A stretch of 64,000 nt of DNA from a virus: positions 26,922-90,921 of the IMG/VR virus record IMGVR_UViG_3300021962_000060; one strand, given 5' to 3'. A program made the position numbers and the translations under genes. The notes below the pieces were generated by a model. That model was not told where the DNA came from, did no database searches, and saw nothing but the letters and a program-made list of their open reading frames with translations. Within the stretch, counting starts at the first letter, position 1. The number at the start of each line of letters is the position of its first letter. Below are positions 58,351-64,000 of this stretch, one piece after another.

Positions 58351-59973
58351 TTAAACCTCCTCGTTACGACCAGCATCTTGTTGCTGACCTCTTTCTGATC
58401 TTTCTCCATTAGCATTTATATCACTTGCCCCTGCTGGGGTATCGGCTCTTGCTCTTGGAGGATTAGAAGATTGATTATTGCTATTCATAGGAGGGGCACC
58501 GGGCCCCTCTTTTTTAATTTTAGTCGGGAAAGGAAGGACAACATCCCCATCCTCTCTTTCAGGAAGCCCAAGTTCACTTCTAACTTCATTAGGACTAACA
58601 ACTTCAGTACGAAGATATCTATCAAATATTCTTGACTGAATATCTTCATCGACAAGATCAATTCTTTTGAATCTCAATACAACAAGATCAGAGAACTCTT
58701 GAATAATTTTATTTATTCTTTTTTCGATAACAGCCTGATCTGGCCCAATAACTTGTGTCTTGAAAGTCTTATCAGCATCTCTAGAGACAGCCAAGTTTGC
58801 ATTATCATAAACGCCAACCTTGGGAGCAGGAACCCTGTTGGCTACAAGTATTTCATCTCTATTTGATTTTCTAAACTTATCAAAAGAAGAATCTTGGACA
58901 TTTGCTTCAAGTTTCTCAAACTTGATATCAGCATCTGAACCAATCGAAGACGGAATCGGAATTACCAAAGTTCCATGATTTCTTCCTTTAACCTCATTTC
59001 TAAAATAATTAACTAGTTCTTGTTTTGATTTAGCACTTAGTTTTGCACCCTTTAATATAATTGCATATCTAGGAATTGCTTTATTTTCAAAATAGTCAAT
59101 ATTGTATTCTTTTGCATATTTATCGCCAACAATTGCAGCAGCAGCAGATACCGATGCAGGAATTCCATAATAGGTATTGTTTGGAGAATAAACTTTAAAA
59201 TGAATTATTTCATTCGGGTTAGGATCTCCATTTATTGGATCAACAGTTTCAGTATCTTGAAAATTTCTAAAGAAGACTGCCTGTATCTTATTACTTTTTG
59301 CAATTTGCACATAACCATCGCGCTTTCTTCTAACTCTAACAAGAGTAGCTGGAACATGACCTATATATCCAATTTGACCAGACTTGGTTCTTCCAATCTC
59401 AAGATATCCATTTCCAACAGACATAGCATCAAGCCAGACTTTAATCATAGTCTCAAGAAAAGTCTCTTCATCATTAAGTTCTTCAAAAATATCTTCTAAT
59501 TTTTGTTTTTCATTATGAATAAGTTTTCTAGCTCTAGAAAGTTTCTCGGGAGATGATTGACTCTTTTCAAGAATTCTTCTTGCTTTTGTAGTTTCAATAA
59601 ACTCGTAACCAAGGCCAACAGTGTTCATAACTCTTGCATTAACAGATGCATTATGAATAGCACTTTGATCGTATAGACCAGCAAGAGTGTCTTGGTCATA
59701 CGGAGGCGTTACAACGTCATACAGCGAGTAACCATCAATTTGCTCAGGATCAACATATTTAGTACCAATAGAATCCGGCTGACCGGTAAATTTCTTTTGA
59801 AGATTATAAAATCTTCTTTTCATTTTAGGTGATAAATTAGATGATTTAATTTTCTTAAAAGGATCATCCGATTCTAGTTTTGTAAGAACCTGATCATATG
59901 TAACTTCATCTATTTCAATACCGTCTTTAAACGGATCATCTTCATCAATATGCGATATAACCGGTACGCTCAT
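58351..59973 (-). CDS. Portal protein
   Basis: GNGYLE, EIIHFK..YYGIP, YFEN.AIP, SPNEVRSELGL. Confidence 0.92.
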   Translation of the reverse strand: MSVPVISHIDEDDPFKDGIEIDEVTYDQVLTKLESDDPFKKIKSSNLSPKMKRRFYNLQKKFTGQPDSIGTKYVDPEQIDGYSLYDVVTPPYDQDTLAGLYDQSAIHNASVNARVMNTVGLGYEFIETTKARRILEKSQSSPEKLSRARKLIHNEKQKLEDIFEELNDEETFLETMIKVWLDAMSVGNGYLEIGRTKSGQIGYIGHVPATLVRVRRKRDGYVQIAKSNKIQAVFFRNFQDTETVDPINGDPNPNEIIHFKVYSPNNTYYGIPASVSAAAAIVGDKYAKEYNIDYFENKAIPRYAIILKGAKLSAKSKQELVNYFRNEVKGRNHGTLVIPIPSSIGSDADIKFEKLEANVQDSSFDKFRKSNRDEILVANRVPAPKVGVYDNANLAVSRDADKTFKTQVIGPDQAVIEKRINKIIQEFSDLVVLRFKRIDLVDEDIQSRIFDRYLRTEVVSPNEVRSELGLPEREDGDVVLPFPTKIKKEGPGAPPMNSNNQSSNPPRARADTPAGASDINANGERSERGQQQDAGRNEEV

Positions 59974-60296
59974 ATTTTAAACAACCTCTTATAAGTATCT
60001 TCATACGGATCTGGCGTAAGACCATTCAATAGTCTTTCTCTTTGGTCATCATGCTCTGAATTCGTCACTTTTCTAGCGCCAGGAACCCAAGCTATATGTC
60101 CATCTTCTTTGCCAGTCCAATACTTTGCAGCCTCAGCAACTCTTTTTTCTACACCAGGATCATGCATCATGCCTTCCGCCGAGAGGACTCCATCACCATC
60201 AGATAACGGTAAACCATCAGGCATAATCCAAATACAAACCCCAAAAGCAGATTCGGGAACCCAAATCTTTTTACTATCAACAATTCCGTTTTCCAT
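59970..60296 (-). CDS. Hypothetical protein upstream of portal
   Basis: TATTAT 7 nt before ATG; ATGA overlap with portal. Confidence 0.75.
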   Translation of the reverse strand: MENGIVDSKKIWVPESAFGVCIWIMPDGLPLSDGDGVLSAEGMMHDPGVEKRVAEAAKYWTGKEDGHIAWVPGARKVTNSEHDDQRERLLNGLTPDPYEDTYKRLFKI

Positions 60297-60341
60297 TCTA
60301 AATATAATACACCATGTTGACTAAAAAAGCATAAATAAATA

Positions 60342-60372
60342 CAAAAAGCGTACACAGCGTGTACGCTTTTTG
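60342..60372. terminator. Intrinsic terminator, potentially bidirectional
   Basis: CAAAAAGCGTACAC-agc-GTGTACGCTTTTTG. Confidence 0.85.
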
Positions 60373-60394
60373 CACGAATTGAATGTTTATAGAA

Positions 60395-62329
60395 CTACTT
60401 GATTGGACAAGCTCCGCCTTCACATTCAAGACTATCAATAGATAGATCATTTATGGTATCAACAAAATGCACATCATGCTTTATATTGGATAACATTTCA
60501 TAATACTTATCTTCTGATATCTCTTCATACGGTGCTAACATAAAACCATGCTCAGAGTGCAGTAAAAATGATACAGACTTAATCTTATTTGTATAATTCT
60601 TCTTTAACCATTCCTTTATCTCATCTAATTCATTTTTTTTATAGTAAACAGTAACACTAACATTATTGTCAGCCCATTCAGACTGGGCCTTGACAACCCA
60701 TTCCATTTGCTGAACGGCGGTCAATTCAGACGCAAGAGTTGCGTTATCCGGTGTTTTACACGGAAACTCGACGACAAACTTTGTATGGTCAGAAGTCCCA
60801 TCAAACTTAACATCATAGACAACATTGTAACCTTTATCACGACAATACTGAACTAGTGGATCATTACTACCCATTCTAATTCTTCTTATATAAAATTTTG
60901 CATAGGCAGGATGAATACCGGGTGTCACTCCAGCAAGCAAGCTAAGTGTACCACTAGGCTTTACAGTTGTTAGCTTAATAGATGGATTAATCCCAAGAGT
61001 CTTAGACCATTCTTGATCAAACTTTTTTAATGCGGTATAGCAATCAGAAACCCAAGAAAGTTGCTCCTCGGTAGACTGAAGCCAGCCAGTAATGCCTTGA
61101 CCAAGCCGTCTATTTCTGGCGATGACTTCTCTGCTCTTTTGATATGGATAGTACAAAGTAGTAATTGCTTTTTGTGTCTTATATAGAAGTTTACTTAAAT
61201 CAATCAATTCTTCCTTTGAAGAAATATTAGGCAAGAAAATTTCAGCAAGATTACAAGGTTCACCATCTTCTAATCCAATTTCACCACAAGGGTTAGTTCC
61301 AATAACCTTAGAGTCATTAACTTTTTCACCAAGACGGCCGTATTTACGAATAAGTTTTCTATTAATAAGGCCATAAGGTTCACCAGAGCCATCATATCCC
61401 TTCCAAAACTCATTATTCATTTTGTCAACAGAGTCAGCAAATATAGAGTTATTAGAATTAGATCTCCAGTCAGGTATTGTTACAGACTCATCACCCCAGT
61501 TCTTTGCACGCAAGAAATGCGTATCATCAGGATCACCAATAGCGATCTGAGCCGAACGGCGAGCCGAACCTGCTACAACAATCTTGCCAATAATATTCGC
61601 AATATCCAAAGCATCAATAGGTCTCATTTCACTACCGACTCTATTGTTAAGAATATTACAAATTTCGGCTATGCCATCAATAAGCACTTCAGGGCCAGAA
61701 GCAGTACCACCGAATGTTTTTAATGGCGCACCATAGCCTCTAATCAACAACGTGCTATATGTAAAAGACTCTCCAGTCTCAAAGTAACTACGTAAAACTT
61801 TACCAAGCAACTGGGACCAGCCTAGCCGAGAATCAGGAACAATAAAATCTGCATCACTTGTTCTTTCATGTCGAATAAAATCAACACTTCTAACTTCTGG
61901 CATTTTATAAATAAAATGTCTTTCAAGAGAAAAACCGACACCACCGCCAACCATCAAGTGGTCCATCAAGAACTGGAAATCTTCAACAGAAGAAATTTTT
62001 GTCATCCAGCAGTTAACAAGAGATACACCACTCATCTTCTCAACAAGAGGTGTCCCAAGCTGCCATAAGGATCTACCAGCGAATATTCCTTTAAGATTAA
62101 ATATGTAATCAAAAAGTCTTTCAGCTTCTTCCTGTGTGTATCCGGCACCAATAGCCTGAGCACCATTAATACACCTGCCAATTGTTTCATGCCATTCTTC
62201 TTTTCTATTCAGCTCTTCAATATTACGAGCATATGTTCTTTTATAGGTGATTTCACCCATACCATTAAAACCCCAAGGGGCTTTCTTGTTTGCATATGAG
62301 TTAATAAACTCATCAGAAATAATATTCAT
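60395..62329 (-). CDS. nrdJ: Class II (B12-dependent, monomeric type) ribonucleotide reductase
   Basis: AGRSLW, LVNCW, RRSA, TNPCGEI, VKPSGT, C-terminal CEGGACPIK; AGGAGG RBS before ATG 62329. Confidence 0.92.
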   Translation of the reverse strand: MNIISDEFINSYANKKAPWGFNGMGEITYKRTYARNIEELNRKEEWHETIGRCINGAQAIGAGYTQEEAERLFDYIFNLKGIFAGRSLWQLGTPLVEKMSGVSLVNCWMTKISSVEDFQFLMDHLMVGGGVGFSLERHFIYKMPEVRSVDFIRHERTSDADFIVPDSRLGWSQLLGKVLRSYFETGESFTYSTLLIRGYGAPLKTFGGTASGPEVLIDGIAEICNILNNRVGSEMRPIDALDIANIIGKIVVAGSARRSAQIAIGDPDDTHFLRAKNWGDESVTIPDWRSNSNNSIFADSVDKMNNEFWKGYDGSGEPYGLINRKLIRKYGRLGEKVNDSKVIGTNPCGEIGLEDGEPCNLAEIFLPNISSKEELIDLSKLLYKTQKAITTLYYPYQKSREVIARNRRLGQGITGWLQSTEEQLSWVSDCYTALKKFDQEWSKTLGINPSIKLTTVKPSGTLSLLAGVTPGIHPAYAKFYIRRIRMGSNDPLVQYCRDKGYNVVYDVKFDGTSDHTKFVVEFPCKTPDNATLASELTAVQQMEWVVKAQSEWADNNVSVTVYYKKNELDEIKEWLKKNYTNKIKSVSFLLHSEHGFMLAPYEEISEDKYYEMLSNIKHDVHFVDTINDLSIDSLECEGGACPIK

Positions 62330-62398
62330 CTGTCCTCCTAAATGTGTAAATTCAATAGTATCAATCAAGCCTGCATAAACAAAGCAACAATGCTTAGG

Positions 62399-63412
62399 CT
62401 AATTAAAATTTTTTTCAAAATCCGCGAGGCGGGCGATCATCTTATCAGCAATTGAAGCCCAGGACATCTCAGCGTGAATTATTTTTGCAGATTTCAAAGT
62501 ATATTTTTTGAAATCATCGTATTCGTTAACAACATGCTCCATTAAATCAAGTAAGTTATCATAATTAGGAACAGCCCAGTCGCCAACATTACAAGAGTAC
62601 AGATGCTCATGAAAATCTGACTTACCCCATGTTGCTGGAAGAGGTATAGACATCTCAGCAAAGTCGGCACAGCCGGTTAAATTAGTGCAGATTGTTGGCA
62701 AACCTGTTGCAATTGCTTCAAATGGGATCATGCCAAAGCCTTCACCGCTTGTTGGATAAACAAGACAATGTGCTTTGTGATAAAGTCTAACAAGTTGATC
62801 AACACTAAAATTGTCTGGTATGCCAATAATTTGTGGATGGTTGTATGCGGGAACAATATGGCCATCAATATAAACATCCGCAAAACAAAACTTGTTATAT
62901 TTTAGTATAAGTTGATAATCGTCTTGACCTTCATAAAGTTCAAGAAAAGCATCAACAACAAGTTGAGCATTTTTTCTTTTAGAATCTCCACCTATATGAA
63001 GAAAATTAAACTTACCAGTAAGTTCTCTTTCATAAATTTGAAAATCATCTGATATCCCATGAGGTATAACATGAACATTCGGGTGTATGTTATTCTTAAT
63101 GTAAATATCTTTTACAAAATTTGATGTAGCCCATATCTCAGAACATCTAGACATATTGTACTTCCAGCTATCTGGAACAATAGTAGATTCCCAAGGTGTA
63201 TAACCTATATTGTAATCATTATTAAATTGATAATAATGCGGTGGACAAAAATTGATATGGAAAGGTATTTCTTCTCTGTTATAAAATACAGCTATGCCTT
63301 TATCTTGTAGAGCGAGAATAGAACTAACAGCAGCATTATGGTATCCTTGGCTAAACCAATGCTCTCCGCTTAAGTCTGTATTGTTGAGACTAAACCAACT
63401 AACTTTCTTCAT
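62399..63412 (-). CDS. GT4 glycosyltransferase
   Basis: TPWES, EIWATS, PHG, RKN, YPTSGEGFGMIPFEAIATGLP. Confidence 0.9.
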   Translation of the reverse strand: MKKVSWFSLNNTDLSGEHWFSQGYHNAAVSSILALQDKGIAVFYNREEIPFHINFCPPHYYQFNNDYNIGYTPWESTIVPDSWKYNMSRCSEIWATSNFVKDIYIKNNIHPNVHVIPHGISDDFQIYERELTGKFNFLHIGGDSKRKNAQLVVDAFLELYEGQDDYQLILKYNKFCFADVYIDGHIVPAYNHPQIIGIPDNFSVDQLVRLYHKAHCLVYPTSGEGFGMIPFEAIATGLPTICTNLTGCADFAEMSIPLPATWGKSDFHEHLYSCNVGDWAVPNYDNLLDLMEHVVNEYDDFKKYTLKSAKIIHAEMSWASIADKMIARLADFEKNFN

Positions 63413-63638
63413 AGAAACTACTTATATTCTGCTTTTCGATATCTAGACATTGTACACCTTTTTGGATAAGAACTAGAGCATCTTCTTTAGAAATTTCAGA
63501 AGTAATAGGCGTATTACGATAAGCACAACGAGTAGCTGCTATATAAACATCTCCAACCTTCATAATAGAGATAAGTTCAGCATCTGTAATAACGAACGGG
63601 CCGCAATCATCAGATTCGGCAACGGCAATAATTTCCAT
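63399..63638 (-). CDS. Hypothetical protein
   Basis: TATACT 6 nt before ATG 63638; overlaps the GT start. Confidence 0.7.
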   Translation of the reverse strand: MEIIAVAESDDCGPFVITDAELISIMKVGDVYIAATRCAYRNTPITSEISKEDALVLIQKGVQCLDIEKQNISSFYEES

Positions 63639-63644
63639 AATCAA

Positions 63645-63842
63645 AGTATATATCTCTTTCTATAAAAAACATAGTCAACGCTTAGCATGCTTAGCACGCT
63701 AAGCGTGCCTAGATTACTTAGCGTACTATTACTATATATACGCTTTGCTGAGTATAAAGAACTTTATCACAAAAATTCGATGCGCGTGCCTTTTTTGATA
63801 TTTTTTGCACATTCACCATTTATTTGTGATAAAGTGCTCATC
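63645..63842. promoter_or_regulatory. Divergent promoter region with repeats
   Basis: GCTTAGC repeats, GCACGCT-A-AGCGTGC palindrome, 13-bp inverted repeat at 63761-63773 and 63823-63835. Confidence 0.7.
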
Positions 63843-64000
63843 ATGAATGACATTCAATTTAAAATTTTAAACGCTGGAGAAGTTAAGTTACTGGAGTACA
63901 TTGGAGATGATCTAAGCATTGTTAACGCAGCAAAAGTCTCATTTTCGTCTTATGAACATAGCATGTCTGATAAAGCTTCTGGATTAATTAACTACTTAAT
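63843..64000 (+). CDS. thyX: Flavin-dependent thymidylate synthase, N-terminal fragment
   Basis: Hand translation MNDIQFKILNAGEVKLLEYIGDDLSIVNAAKVSF...GLINYL matches the ThyX N-terminal pattern. Confidence 0.75.
   Translation, partial: MNDIQFKILNAGEVKLLEYIGDDLSIVNAAKVSFSSYEHSMSDKASGLINYL

Noticed and set aside
1-64000. tRNA genes or stop-codon reassignment
   Set aside because: No cloverleaf seen in intergenic gaps; genes are intact in code 11 and all three stop codons are used

Overview
64 kb of a large, apparently lytic, low-GC (roughly 35% by eye) siphovirus-like tailed phage. It probably infects an actinobacterium: it carries WhiB, an MSMEG_6728-family glycosylase, a DnaE/DnaB/RecA replisome and many leaderless TANNNT promoters. 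Every credible gene is on the minus strand except a partial thyX at the right edge. In transcription order (right to left): glycosyltransferase, class II RNR, portal, protease/scaffold, major capsid, fibre genes, 2OG-Fe oxygenase, mucin-like surface protein, holin/endolysin, head-tail genes, major tail, frameshifted tail chaperone, tape measure, tail tip, HNH, replication/recombination, methyltransferases and glycosyltransferases, terminase, a repeat-rich non-coding block, then small early-type ORFs. I saw no tRNA, CRISPR array, integrase or intein. Most notable: (1) a GT4 glycosyltransferase whose C-terminal domain resembles the small protein encoded right after the major capsid gene, within a dispersed glycosylation/modification toolkit (candidate capsid-addressed virion glycosylation system); (2) two paralogous unknown proteins, each coupled behind a fibre/spike gene; (3) an unannotated 29-aa, 9-Cys metallothionein-like peptide; (4) strong over-representation of the palindrome GCCGGC; (5) a C5-methyltransferase with a nested alternative-frame subunit gene. 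All assignments are from motif recognition by eye; no searches were run.
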